A stretch of 63,246 nucleotides of DNA, filler included, from Intoshia linei (taxonomy: Eukaryota; Animalia; Orthonectida): assembly GCA_001642005.1 (NCBI GenBank). It is 6 parts of 6 records of this genome, joined end to end, with 100 filler letters (N's around TTAATTAATTAA, not from the genome) between each part and the next. Parts side by side here need not be neighbours in the genome. Positions count along the whole stretch, not along the records: positions 1 to 31,008 come from LWCA01000346.1; 5 more parts are not named here. One strand, written 5' to 3'. The number at the start of each line of letters is the position of its first letter. Within the stretch, counting starts at the first letter, position 1. A program made the position numbers and the translations under genes. The notes beneath the pieces are model-generated. The model searched no databases, was not told the DNA's origin, and was given only the letters and a program-made list of their open reading frames with translations. This document shows positions 14,705-28,217 of the stretch, piece by piece.

Positions 14705-15217
14705 TAAAGACACATTATGCCATCACAGGACTATACTCATCATATGAATTTTTTAGGACCTATTTTTGATTTTGGAGGCTTTGAATATGGTAGCCTTTGA
14801 TTTTAGACAAAATGACTAATGATCTATTTTTTATTTTCTTTCAATTAGATTCAATTTAAATTATATTTTCATCATTTGCTCCAAAAAACTTTTTCCCTGA
14901 TTTTAGAGTCCTCGCTTTGTTAAAAATTATTTCGTGCATGTAAAATTTATTTGGATGTTTGTAAAATTAAAATTAATTTGTCAAAACATTTAATTTAATT
15001 TGGTGGTTGATACTATTTTTTGATTAAATGTAATCTGATTTCGATTGTTTGTAAATTGTATATTTGGTTGTTAGTAACCATTGATTTGGTAGCTAAGAAT
15101 TTATTTTTGATATGGTAACATTGTTACAGGCAAATTGTTACGACAACAAGTTAATAATTAAATATTTTAACGTTTTGCATAATTTTAAAATTGAAATTAA
15201 ATTAAAGCATAATTCCA

Positions 15218-17961
15218 ATGAGTGTTCAAGAAACAACGTATATTTCTTCCGAATCCGATGCAGAACCAAAAATTGAATTTAAAAAAAAACGTGGAAAAGC
15301 CAAAGAGTGGATTTTTTTAAAAAGTGTGACATCTAATGAGTATCAGGATTTGAAGAAAGATTGGTCTATAAGGAACAATAAAAATTCGAGGCAAGGTTTG
15401 AAGCTATATCATCGATGTATTTATTTTAAAAAAAGCAATACAAACAAGTGCGAAGCTGAAATGATGGCTCATTACGTCTCTAATAATGATTTCATATTAA
15501 TATATACATTGAAAGATCACAGTAACCACTCAGATGAAAAAGTACGAGGGTTGTCTAACGCTCAGAAAAAGTACATTATGGAACTTTATAATATTGGCTG
15601 TAACAAACCAAAACAATTGATAACAGCGTTTAAACAGAACCATGATTTGAAAGCTCCTCCTATATCACAAGTGAGGAATTATTTGGTTAAAATTAAGAGT
15701 GAAAAATTACATAGCTATTACATATCATTAGCTGAGCTTATCGGTAAATGCGAATTATTGAAATACTCTGAAATTGCCGATCAGGATACACCATATGTTC
15801 TGGATTACAAAGTAAATATACCCGAAAAATCATTTATTCTAGTAATGACTACGAAACGTTTAATTAATTTGCCTAGTTATTGTTCCAATTTCCATGCAGA
15901 TGCTACATATAAATTAGTGTGGAATGATTTCTCTGTTTTTATTGTAGGATTCACAGATTACAACAGAATTTTTCATCCAATCTCAATTTGCATTTCTAGT
16001 GAAGAGACAGAAGAATGTTTTAAATTTTTTTTTACTTTATTGAATGAAAGGTGTCCAAATCTTGATCCAAAATATATTATTTCAGATGTATCTTCCGCAA
16101 TAAGAAATGCAGCACATGAAGTTTGGCCCAATAGTTTATGGGTTATGAGTTGGTACCATGTCGTAATCAATATAGACAAAAAATTGAAATCCGTTCTAAA
16201 CAACGAAAAAAGGACCTGTATTAGAAACGACATTCATGATTTACAACTCTCTCCAAATTTGTCTAATTTTAAAACAGCTTGTTCATTATTTTTAAAAAAG
16301 TACGAAAATGATGAAGAATCACGCCTATTTATGACTTATTTCAATGAACAGTGGCTAACACAAAAAAATTCATGGTATGAAGGTTTTTCTGTACATACAT
16401 CATCTACAAATAATGAACTTAAATCTATAAATTTACAAATCAAGAGAGAAGGAGCTTTTCGTGAACGCCTTCCGCTTGATAAATTTCTATCAGTGATATG
16501 CAATATTATCAAAAATTGGTCACAAAATAAAAATCACCTAAATGACGACTATAAACAAATCGCATTAGAGCCAACAATTATACAGGTAATATTATCATTA
16601 CTTACATAAAGTCGTTTAGTTAAAAATATATATTAGTTTGTTTATTTATTTAAGAAAGTAAGAGTCATAGAGTTTAATAATTTAATCCATAATTTATAAT
16701 TATTACGGGATATTTTTTAAAATCATCACTAACTGTTATATTAGCTTTTACTCAAATTTAAATAAGCCAAACCTATAAAATAAAATTTATCATATTTAAA
16801 TGAAATATTAGTCGTAGTACGTCAATTTGTAAATGGTCTCTTTTGTAAATTATGTTTTTTTAGTAAAGATTTATTTAAAACTCAATTTCATATAACCTAA
16901 TATCTGTATTAGGATTATTTTTAATCTTAATAGTATATCCTGTATTTTTACGTTAATTTAATAAGTAATCTAATCGAAATAATAAACTTTGATTATACTC
17001 GGCAACATCAATTATATGATGTATATGTTGAAATAAATTTTTTTCATTGTTTTTACCGGAAGAAACATTTTATTGTAATATAAGACGAGGCTTAGAATGT
17101 CTTAGTAGTAGAATTTACATTTTCATTTTGTTAACATTTACTATTTTATATTTTCTAAGTTTAAAATATGATTTTAAATTCCATGAAATTCACTGATGAT
17201 AAAGGTAGGAGAGGACGAAAAATTTTGTTAAACGGATATTAATATAAGTACGAGAGTTTTCGAACTTCAATTCAGTAAGGGTAAAGGTAATAACATTTTA
17301 TCTAATGCAAAAAACTTGTTTTGAACATTATACTTTTTTAAACTAAATGGAATGTCATGTTTGCATAAAGCAATGTAATCCAATACCCAAATTGAAAAGA
17401 GAGTGTGTTTTGGAATCGCATCTAATAGTTGGTAAAACTAGAATTTTAGTTAAAGGTTTGGTAGAACCGGATTTTTCTTTTTTTCGGTTGGTAAAACTGG
17501 ATTTTTAGAAAATAGAGTTGGATTTTTGAATGCTTCAAATATAAATCATTGCACGTGAAACCGATATATACAGAATTTCGATATATTAAACAACTTGTAT
17601 GATAAATTTAATAGATATAATTATTTAGAATATATGGTTGAAGGCATTTAATACAATTAAAGATAAAAATTCAATATTTATGTCGGATGACCAGACAATT
17701 TGCAAATTTAGATGCAATCCATCAATTAAAAATTATGAAGACAACTTTGATAGTTTTATTAAAATTTCTAGAAATGAATCTCTAGTTAAAATCAATAAAG
17801 ATAATTGGAAATTCAGTTCATGCACTTGCCCCCAATATTTAAAAATTTTTATATGCCATCATGTGGTTTCAATGGCTCTTATGTTGAAAAAAACCAATAA
17901 CGAAGAGGCCAAAGATATATTTGTCGGTAGGAAAAAAAGAGAAAGGCTTCAATTAATATAA
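15218..17961 (+). mobile_element. MULE (Mutator-like) transposase with C-terminal SWIM zinc finger; two exons (15218-16585, 17629-17961), ~566 aa
   Basis: FHADATYKL, IISDVSSAIRNA, WVMSWYHV, STNNELKSINLQIK motifs. Phase-0 splice CAG|gtaata...tttag|AAT joins EPTIIQ to NIWLKAF. SWIM motif CTCPQYLKIFICHHVV. Confidence 0.85.
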
Positions 17962-18569
17962 TCATACCATTAATGTGTATAATAAATGTATAGTTTGAAA
18001 TTCATATAGACTAGGCGTACACAATAGGGTGGACATATTTTCAATATTTATGAATTTCTGATAGGAAAAGAGCCAAAATTTTTTGTTTTGATTAGCAAAC
18101 ATAAAATCTAAAAGTTTATAAGGGTGATCAAGGGCACAGAATATCAAATAATTATTTAAATATACATAGTAAGAGTATTACTTACTCATATAATCAAATT
18201 AATAATAGGAAAGCCAAATAAGGTTCAATTAATAGTTTTAAATGTAGAATAAAATTTTAAAATTATACACACATTCTGTCTAATAAATGAAAAAATGGGT
18301 AATAATTGTTTTTAAAATTTTTTACGCAAATGTTAACAAAAAAATTAAGATGGAATAATTCACTCTAAAGTAAAAAGTAATGTGATATGATGGTTCCACC
18401 TGAAACAAATTTGGGAACCCCCCTCTTTAAAGGATTAATAATAGTAAATAGTAAGATTTTTAACATTAATTTATCACGTACATTTAAAATGTTATAATGT
18501 GTACTATTAATTGCACTGTGTAAATATGATTGAAATATTATTTCAAACAAGCTGAATTTTTACATTATT

Positions 18570-19672
18570 ATGTCTTGCATTTTCTTCATTGCTTTAGTGT
18601 CAGTGACGGGTAATAAAATTTTAATTTTGAATCAATTAAAATACTTAATTATTATATTAAAAATACTATACAAAATGTAGTTTGTACCTGGCCAAATGGA
18701 AATTACATAATTCCAAAGTTAAATGATGAGTGTATAGACGATATGGAAGAAGGTAAAACGTGGAAATTCAAAACATTACTATTTAGAAACTATTAATGGA
18801 GATGACCTATTTCTAATGTCCGCTTTTGGAAAAATAAAGCCATCGCATTTTCATCAATCCATATCTGTTGGCAACATTACAGTATGCAAGCAAGAAACCG
18901 AACCGGAGATAGCAAAAGAATGGAAACGCGGAAATTATTGCTATTTAAAGAATGAAAATTCGTCGTGTGTAGCTGATTTCCATTATGGCAATGTGAGAGC
19001 ATCTTGTAACAAACTAATTATTTTTTTTGACACCTTAATTTTTTTTTTATATAGTTGGTGAATTAAAATATTCATTATTCTATTGCTGTAGAAATGATAT
19101 AGGTATGGATCAAATATCTTCATACCATATGTCATTTAGTCCTGCAAATAAATTTTATATATTGATGCAAGGACCGCTTTGTACAAGAATTAAGAATTAC
19201 ATTGCATCTACAGAGTACCTTGTATTTAATACAAAGTTAAAACACGTAGAGTTGACTATCAAAGTAACGGGGTTAATTCAACCAAAAATAATTATATTTC
19301 AAGATAAATTTTATCTCGGATTTTGTTTCTACGAAAAAAATGATACACACGTAGAGACCGTGAAAGTTTCTTTCATGGGATTAAAATATTCTCACAGGTA
19401 CATCATATTGGCTTTGGCGATTCTCATACTCCTAGCCATTATTTTGATTAGCTTGGTCTTGTAATTTTTATTCAAATTAATTAATCTTCATGTATTGTAG
19501 AGTCAGAATGAAGATGAAACTGTCATCTAAAAAAGACAACGCCTATGAGATGGAAAATATTCAACAATTGTCTAATACCAATAATTATCGAAATGAAAAT
19601 GACACGCAAAATATAACTGGCTATAAATTATCTAATAATAATGATATAGAACCACCTGAATATACTGGTTAA
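18570..19672 (+). CDS. Apextrin C-terminal (ApeC) domain single-pass membrane protein, ~302 aa
   Basis: Exons 18570-18609, 18681-18752, 18787-19005, 19055-19460, 19501-19672 are all frame-consistent GT-AG (909 nt). Hydrophobic N-terminus; WPNGNYIIPK..C, WKRGNYCYLK...C, YCCRND, KFYIL..PLC and GFCFYE give the 8-Cys ApeC pattern. TM YIILALAILILLAIILISLVL; tail contains PPEY. Confidence 0.7.
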
Positions 19673-20084
19673 TAAAAGTTATATTTTTTTAGCATCTTAT
19701 ACAATTAAACTTTTCAATTAAAATTGATGGTTATGATGCTTTTTAGGTTGTAAAATATAATCAGTTGTTTTATTGACTAATTTAAAAGTATGTAAGGTGA
19801 TATGTGTGTAAAAATTAGAATAATATTTAGAGATAAAATTTCAATTTAATTAAAAGTTTAGAAACCTTAACTTTAAAAGGTTGGTTAAGGTAAAGCGCAA
19901 GGTAAATACTGCTATACAAGTCTATTTCTAGTCAAGTATACAAGTCAAGTCTAAGTATCTAAAATTTAGATTCTAAATAAATAAACCTAATGATGATAAA
20001 ATTAACTTTACATTATTAATTTATTAATTACAATTAACATTACGTTTAACCTTTAGACTAGTGATTCTCAAACTTTTTTTACAA

Positions 20085-20430
20085 CAAAAGGCAAAACCCC
20101 AAATTATCCTTCTTTTTTTAATGAAAACAGCCCTAGAATTTCAAAAAAAATACAGGTTGTACAGTTGTATCCTGTTAACACACACAGAAAATTTTAATCC
20201 GAATAAATGACGACTTCACGGTGAAAAAAGCATTTTAGTATTCATATTTTTTTTTTCAAAATATTTTATTAAAAATAAAAAATATTAAATAATTAACGGT
20301 CCGAAAATTAAAAAAAATAGTATTCTGATAGAGCTTATTCCAGTTGATATAAACACAAAAGGTCAACTCGAGAAATCTACGCATTCCCGGTGAAAAATAA
20401 TTTTTAATATATTATCAACCAATAATTTAA
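20085..20430 (+). mobile_element. Helitron family internal fragment
   Basis: Reverse complement of 50750-51070 (acaggttgtacagttgtatcctgttaacacacac...aaatctacgcattcccggtgaaaaat). Confidence 0.65.
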
Positions 20431-22429
20431 TAATATCGTAATATAAATTTACCGTGCAGCAAACTTTAGTAAAATTGAAATATGAGATTTGGTCAAATTT
20501 AAATGATTAATGGAGGATTTATTTATGCGATTTATTGTGCGATAAATAAAAATACATTAAACCCACAAGATTTATTTCTGCAAATTTGGTTATAAATGAA
20601 TTAAAAAATTCACCACTATGCTGCTTATTTTGTATATCCATTGCCAAAAAATGTATTTCATCGATAACGAATGAAAATAAAATTTTGTTGTTTAACTGTT
20701 TGAGTATATTGCAAAAAAACATTAGGGTAAAATGGGGAATTTACGAATTAAACGAAAAAAAAGAGTTTATTTATTATTTTAATTATTTATTTTTTATATA
20801 ACAATCATATTGGTAAAATTTGACTGAAATGTTTATAAACTATTGGCTTTATTATATTTTTCTTGAATATAATTTTGAATCTCACCCAGATTCATATCGA
20901 CATTTCAATAAAGCAGGTAACTAATAAAATGATATGAAATCACATGATTCAATCATTTTTTGGTCTATAGATACATTTAAAATAAAACCTTCAAACAATA
21001 TAATGCTTTTGAGTTCAAACGAGCTGCTGAGATGGGCCCAGGGCGTTTAAATCTAATTAATAGTTGAATTTCTTCTCTTTTTAAAAATGTATAGTATTCT
21101 GATAAATCGTAAAAATCCAAATAGCTCACTTTTTGTACTTTAAATGTATTATTTATATTCGTTTAACTTTCATTTACAAAATAATCTTTAGTGTTATAAT
21201 GTAGTATTATATTAGTATGTTTAATTTAGATGATTTATTGAATAGTCAGGTATTCCAATTTTATAAAATGACGCGACAATACTAATTTTAAATTATATGC
21301 ATTCATTTTATATTTGTTACAAATTTTTGACATTTTACTATGAAAATAAAGTTTAATTTAAACTTTTTAGGGAAAAATTTCAATGTTGAGTGGCCGGGTC
21401 CAAACTCAACCAATGTGAATAATTTTTTCAGGAAAGTGATCACCATGACCAATAATCCTGATGATGAAAAATAATTTTTGATATTTGAAAATGGTGATCA
21501 CCCTAACCAAGGACAGCTTAATTCATTTCATTCATTCTTAAACCTTAAAGGTTTAAGCTGTCCTTGCCCTAACCGATATCTAATTTTTTCATTTATTGTT
21601 AACACATTTACATCTACTTCATCATCACTATATACTTTCAGCTTTGAATCTCCTTTAATTAGAACATTTAATATATACGGCATAAATAAACTAAAAACCT
21701 TTTAAAAAAAAACAATTCACCATAATTAACAAAAGTTTTGAGCCTTCATCTTGATTTTTTATTTTTCTTGTTTACTCAAAATAATTAGATCTTGCAGAAT
21801 ATTAATTACATTTATTTTATATTGCAATGTAAAATTATATTTGAAATGGTATCTGTTTTGACATACGACAATTATTAATATAATGTGAACACTATTATAA
21901 TTGTATAATATCAAATACTTTTTGACTGGAACGATTCCAAATCGTGTATTTTACAAATTAACAATGTTAACTCATTTTCAGTTCGATTTTCTCAACACAA
22001 TATATCAGTAGTACTATAACACTGTCCAAATAAATTTCGACAAACTGACCGAAACTTTTGTTATATGTAAGTGAACCAATACATCTATTTTTAAAAAATA
22101 TTTATTAATTTCAAGATCGACTTTGGATTCGTTAAAAAAAATTCGTTAATTATTTCATTATCTTAATTATATAACTCTAATTTTAAAGCAACATCGACAA
22201 ACAATATGAAACAAAAATTTTCTGGATGTACTACTTACATTACACGTAAAATCAACTTTTTCGAGTTACCCCTAAACGAATCTTGTTCAATATCAAGGAT
22301 GTAAGTGATAGACATAAATTTCAAAAATTAAGATATAAGAAGGTATCAATTAAAAATATTTAATAAAAAAAGTAATAATTAGATAAATTTAAAATTTATT
22401 TTTTATTGAACACCACCAAACAAATTCAC

Positions 22430-22620
22430 AAATCATATTTAATGATCTACATCTTCCATTACGTCTTTCATGTAACATCATAGTTTGATGAAATTGTTCA
22501 CCCTTTTCGTCTGATTACATACCGCAAAGAAATCTAAATGACATTCTAGGTAATGCATTTTTATGCTATAAAGGCAGTTCATTTCTTGGTATTTTATCAA
22601 TAACTTTTCGATTAAATCCT
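22430..22620 (-). mobile_element. Chapaev3/CMC-like transposase relic
   Basis: Reverse strand reads HLDFFA...SDEKGEQFHQTMMLHERR, matching the HLDFFP...SDEQGERFHQ...ME.R motif. Superfamily assignment is from memory. Confidence 0.45.
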
Positions 22621-22837
22621 TGTAATTTTCAAAACGATTGTTTCCAAGGCCAAGGCCTACTTTTTTAATTTAATAGGTAATATTCGAAAATTTCTTAAGT
22701 ACATGTAATGTAATGTATACCATAATTTCGATAACCATATCGATTTTCAACGGTTATTTTTAATTTTTAGACAATGAACAAACGATTAAGCAATGTATTG
22801 ATATCCCATTATTTAAAAATTTTTATAAGAGTTATAC

Positions 22838-23541
22838 CAGCGGTTCTCAACCTTTTTCAGGTCATGGCTCAAAAAAGTTTTGCCTAAAATTCCATGGCCC
22901 ACCTTAAAAAACCTTAAAATATATATTTTTATTTACAGTAAAATGCTTTATATATTTAAATTTATACTACATGTAGTTAATGACTGCCTTGGTACAACTT
23001 GACTGTATTGGTGTTTGTTGCACAATGAATCGTAATCAATTTCTATCAGTTTATTCAATCTTAATCGCATTATTCCTCGGTTGTTCACATCCAATTTTGA
23101 CCTCATCTTACTAGAAATATGGACCACTGTTTAAAATCCAACTTCTACAAGCCATGTTGTAAGAAAAGCAATAATGCTTGGTTGAACATTATCAACCACA
23201 ATTGGATTTGATTCTTGAATTTCCATAAATTAAAATACACCTTCCTTTTATATTCGTCTTACTAATTTCAAATCTTCTTTTAAGACATTAAATTCAGACT
23301 TTTAAATAATTAAATTAAGTCCAAGAGTTTTTCAGTTAGTTCAGGACTGGTTTCATCATCTGGTTCAAAGTTTTGAAGATTTGTAAACCATATATCTAAA
23401 TTTATATTTCAAATTCATTACGCATTTATAGATTTTGTTTTGATTAGCAATTTTATGGCTTAATACACCAAATTTTTTTTAATTTTGAAAATTTTCTGTG
23501 ATCCACCAAAAATTCTCTGTGCCCCACGTTGCGAACCCCTG
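22838..23541 (-). mobile_element. Non-autonomous hAT (Charlie/Buster-like) element with transposase C-terminal remnant
   Basis: TIRs CAGCGGTTCTCAAC / GTTGCGAACCCCTG; perfect 8-bp TSD AGTTATAC. Internal minus-strand IAFLTTWLVEVGF*...KLDVNNRGIMRLRL. Confidence 0.88.
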
Positions 23542-23890
23542 AGTTATACGACATCCATATTCCCGAGCCTACAGTTGGCTTTCCACGGTTTTTACTTATT
23601 TATACCCTAATCTACATATTAATATTTAAAATATTTAATATTAACAAAAAATGTAAAATAATTAACGGTTCAAAAATAAAAAAAAAATTATTCTGATAGA
23701 GCTTATTCCAGTTGATATAAATACAAAATTTCAACCCCAGAAATCTACGCATTCCCTGTGAAAAATAATTTTTAATATATTATCAACCAATATTTTTCAA
23801 ATATTTCGATTAATTGTAAAATAAAAATTGAAAGTTCATTTTAAAGTTAAAAATTGAAGTGCGTTAGGTTCCTTTGAAATTTTAATTAAA

Positions 23891-26783
23891 ATGCATTACA
23901 AAATTATTCAATTTGTAGATAGTGTTTTAATTTTAATCCTAATTCTGATTATGCACCCAAAAAATGTAATTTCTGTGATAGAGTGGACCGAATGGAGATG
24001 TTCAACTGTTGAAAACATTATTAGAATAGCTTATCGATTTGAAAAATGTAAATATCATCAATCCGAAACTAATAATAATAATGATGCAATTTCTAAGTGT
24101 CGATATGATGACGAAATTGTGTTTTTAAAGAGAAAATATAAACAATGTGAAATTACGAATGAATTGGACGAATGTAATACTATTTAATGAAAATTGATAA
24201 TTATCACTTAATAAATGTCATTAATTGAACAACCTCTCAAAAGTGATCACTTTTGAGATCCGTCATTGTATTATAATAATTATCTAGCAACAATTTTCGT
24301 TGTAGTTATTAACATTGTTGTAGACGTTAATTATATATTTAGGTTTCAAATTGTGTTATAAACCATATTGGGGTAAATGGTCGCAGTGGAGCATTTGTAA
24401 CAAAGATTGCTTTCGTTATAGAAAAAGAAAATGTTATAGAGATACAATAAATGTTAATGAAAACGAATGTTTTTTTAATGATTCAGGTATATTATGCAAG
24501 ACTGTACAAAGTAGTGTCTCCTAATCTTGGGCTAGGCCGGCTATTGGGGCGTGGAAAATTTCCCGAATTTATTGGAATTATAAAAAGTTTAGATTAATTT
24601 AATGTTAATTTTGTATAATACTAGCTTGACTGTTACATGTTGTGTTAATGTTACATGACTCTTAACATTTCAATTATATACACAATATATTTAAATCTTC
24701 AAAAGTCATGCCTTCACGGTTAAAAAAGCATTTTAATATTAATTTTTTATGTGTTTATAATATATAACATTAACCAACCTTAAAAAAATTAAATTAAACT
24801 AAGTTGAACACACTAGTATAGACCCTGAACCAAAGCCGTGGACAGAGGTCTAAGGGTATATGACAAGGCTCTACAATCATGAGGGGCCTAATATTTTAAT
24901 TTATTAATAGGTAATGTAGGATAAATTTCTTAAGTACATGTATGTCAAAAGTATGATGACCAATGCGATTTGCAACTGTTATTTTTAATTTTTAGGCAAT
25001 AAACGATCGATTAAACAATGTGTCCCAATTTAAAAAAATTTATAACAAAAAAAAAGATAACAAAAAAATACACATTTCCCTTCTGGCCCTGCCCAGAACG
25101 CCTGGGATATTTTTGAATTTTAATTGAATTCAATATAATGTAAATCAGGTTTCTCAACCTTTTTAATTCCACCGTAACTCATAAATTTCTAACCCTGTAT
25201 GATAAAATGAACCATAATTTCTATAAAATCAATAATAATGGAAAAAAGGTAAATAATGTTTTCACATCCCCACAATACAAAATACATAAGAGCAAAATTT
25301 TTTTTTTCAACACTATCAAAAATATTATTTTATATTTTTAATAATATTGGTTGTAGCGCCCCTCAATTTTGAAAATCCCCCTAGGGCGTTAACGCCCACG
25401 TTGAGAACCACTTTACATTGTAAAGTACTTGACATGTAAACAAATGAATTAAAACTAATACATTTAGAGATCAATTACCTTGATACCGAATACTGTGAAT
25501 CTTTGACTTGTACGAAACGACAAATAAAAGGAGGGTGGTCAAATTGGTCAAAATGGAGTCTAAATTGTCACAATTGGAAAGACGGATTGAAAGTAATAAT
25601 AGAATGTGGAAAAGGCTTTAGATACAGGGAAAGGTTTTGTAACAACCCTCAACCATCAGATAGTTCAGTGTATTGCAAAGGAAACAGTACAGAAACAATG
25701 GACTGCAATACAAAAATATTTTGTCCAATAAATGGAGGTTGGAGTAAATGGACTGATTGGATATGCGAAAAATCAGTATGTGGTCAAGACGTTTCCGGTT
25801 ACCGAACCAGAAACTGCAACAATCCAACACCACAATATTATGGTGAAATATGCATTGGAATGTCGATTGAATACACTAAAACAGAATGCAATACGAAATG
25901 TACAATTGCACAAGCCCACAGCTTAATTTCTTCTAAAAAAAGACTAGAAATTTTTACAAATTTAGTAAATAATATTAAAAATCTTGGCGTCGAGATAAAA
26001 GAAAGCAAATATTTAAATTATGAAAACCAACACCATCTTAAATTGTCATGCTATTGTGACGGTTTAAATTATTTGAAATCCAAATTTCCCAATGGATCAA
26101 TCCTATGGCTGTATAATTCTAAACCAATTAAAAAAGTACACGGGGCCAATTTAAACAATTTTATGCATGATAAAATACTAGTTGGACTAAATTCAACAAA
26201 AATTAATGGAATTTATTCTTGTTTATACGTTTATACTAAAATTCCTAGTATGTATGTGTATTTGCGTATTTTTACATTCTCCTGGCACATTAAAACTGTA
26301 TTATCTCATCATAGAATTTACAAGGATAAATATAATAATAAAAACATTAATTTCAAATTAGTAAACAAAGTAGCACAATTACAATTGAAATGCAATATTC
26401 ATCCATTGTGGCATATTTTGAATCACACAGATATTATAGTGGCTTGGTTTAAAAACGGGGAGAAAGTAAAAAATTTAATGCTAGGTAATATTGAATACGG
26501 AAAATATACTGAAATTAATGTTATTAAAGATGCACCTCATAATATTATCGGAATATGGAAATGTGCTTTTAAATTAAATTCCTCTTTAGTCCATCATACT
26601 ATTGATCAATGGTTCGTCACAAATTCAATAAAATTTGAATTTATACCCATTACGTTTATTCAAAGTATTTTTGAGCATGAATATTTTGACAAGTTTTTAC
26701 TAATTTGCACAGTTGGTCTTGTTGTTTATGTCTGTCTGTTATTTATATACATCATACTAAAATTTTTAAAAATTGTCAATTAA
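23891..26783 (+). CDS. Type I membrane protein: signal peptide, TSP1 repeats, two Ig-like domains, TM; ~580 aa
   Basis: Exons 23891-24173, 24343-24486 and 25468-26783 with phase-1 junctions. WTEWRC, WGKWSQWSIC...RYRKRKC, GGWSNWSKWS...GFRYRERFCNNPQP and GGWSKWTDWIC...RTRNCNNPTP are TSP1-like. LSC..ILWLYN..GIYSC and LKC..AWFKNG..GIWKC are Ig-like. C-terminal TM. Confidence 0.82.
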
Positions 26784-27129
26784 ACATACTTATTTTCTAT
26801 TAGTTATCTATTTTAGTCAGAATTTTCAACGGGAGTCATTAGACATTACCAATCTAGTTTATATTTTAAATGGTTTGAATTTCTAACGATGAAAAAATAA
26901 TTATATACATAACCACAAAATTAAATGTGGCCAGTGGTTATCCATGGTGGGCGAATCTCCCCCTTGAGACCAATTTAAAATAGAGGGGCGATTTTTTATA
27001 TTATTTCACAAAATACACAATTTAAAATATTACGTACAATTTATTACGTATTACGTTATAATGTATTACGATTAAATTTTATTAATGGAAATCTAAAATT
27101 TTTTAGTTAAAACAACAAAGCAAATTATT

Positions 27130-27695
27130 TTATTTTTTTTCCGAAATATTTTATTAAAATAAAAAATGTGAAATAATTAACGGTCCAGAAATTAAAAAAA
27201 ACATTATTCTGATAGAGCTTATCCCAGTTGATATAAATAAAAAATTTCAACCCCAAAAATCTACGCATTCCCGGTGAAAAATAATTTTTAATATATTATC
27301 AACCAATATTTTTCAAATATTTCGATTAAAATCAAAAATTGAAAATGTAAATATTGATCCTACAATTTTAAAAAAAATATGCATTGAACGTCTACTCATT
27401 TCTAATAAAAAAATATGGGGGAAAATCTATATAATTCATTCATCGGAATTTTTTTCATTGCTAGACTATTTTTAAATCTCAAATTCTCATTTTCAAAACA
27501 TTTTATATTAACGTATAAACATTTTTGATTTATGTAACGGTTCCACCCAAAACAAGTTTGGCAACTATTTCTTTAAAGGATTGATAATAGTGAATAGTAG
27601 GATTTTTAACATTAATTTATTTTTTTGGTATAATAAAAATGTGCTATCGGCAGAGTTAGGTGATGTTTGTACGTAGTACATAACAGTCAAGCCAG
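27130..27695 (+). mobile_element. Helitron family copy (3' half, hairpin + CCAG|T end)
   Basis: Ends tcggcagagttaggtgatgtttgtacgtagtacataacagtcaagccag|t. Internal matches to 49930-50900. Confidence 0.7.
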
Positions 27696-28217
27696 TATTA
27701 ATATATTTACAGAATCGTTTTTTTATTTCATTGTTCAGATTTTTCGTAACTCCAGGAAATAATGTAAGTAATGTAGTTTTTATTGTGACTTTATTATAAA
27801 TTAGCTCGATTGTTATGAGTTCTAACGTCGTATCTTCGTACAAACGCAGCTAGCTTTGCCGATGGCGAATTTTTTGAATTCTATCAAAAAAATCTTACTT
27901 ATATGCTACTATTCTTGAAATTAAATAATAGAGTTGTGGAAAATAATTGTGAGTATTTTGTTAATTAATATTATTTTAATTTTGTTAAAAAAACCACCAA
28001 ATATACAATCAATGTCAAAAATATTAATTTCTTAATTTTGGAATATAAATCGCGTTAATAAATTTAAAATTACTATGGAATTTAACAATATGGATTCTTG
28101 AAATCATAGAGTGGCTCTAGGAATTTTCGATATCATTGATATTGAACAAAATAAAATGAAATCCTAAAAATATATTCAACTTTATTATAATTTATGTAAT
28201 TATCAGAAAACAACCAC

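Noticed and set aside
11520-18420. Long inverted repeats (11530-11670 vs 18250-18395) as TIRs of a giant element enclosing the Ginger and MULE genes
   Set aside because: Both are internal fragments of the dispersed Helitron family, also found at 30465 and 50020. No TSD.
20519-20801. Short ORFs on both strands
   Set aside because: No motif or consistent splice model; flanked by Helitron debris.
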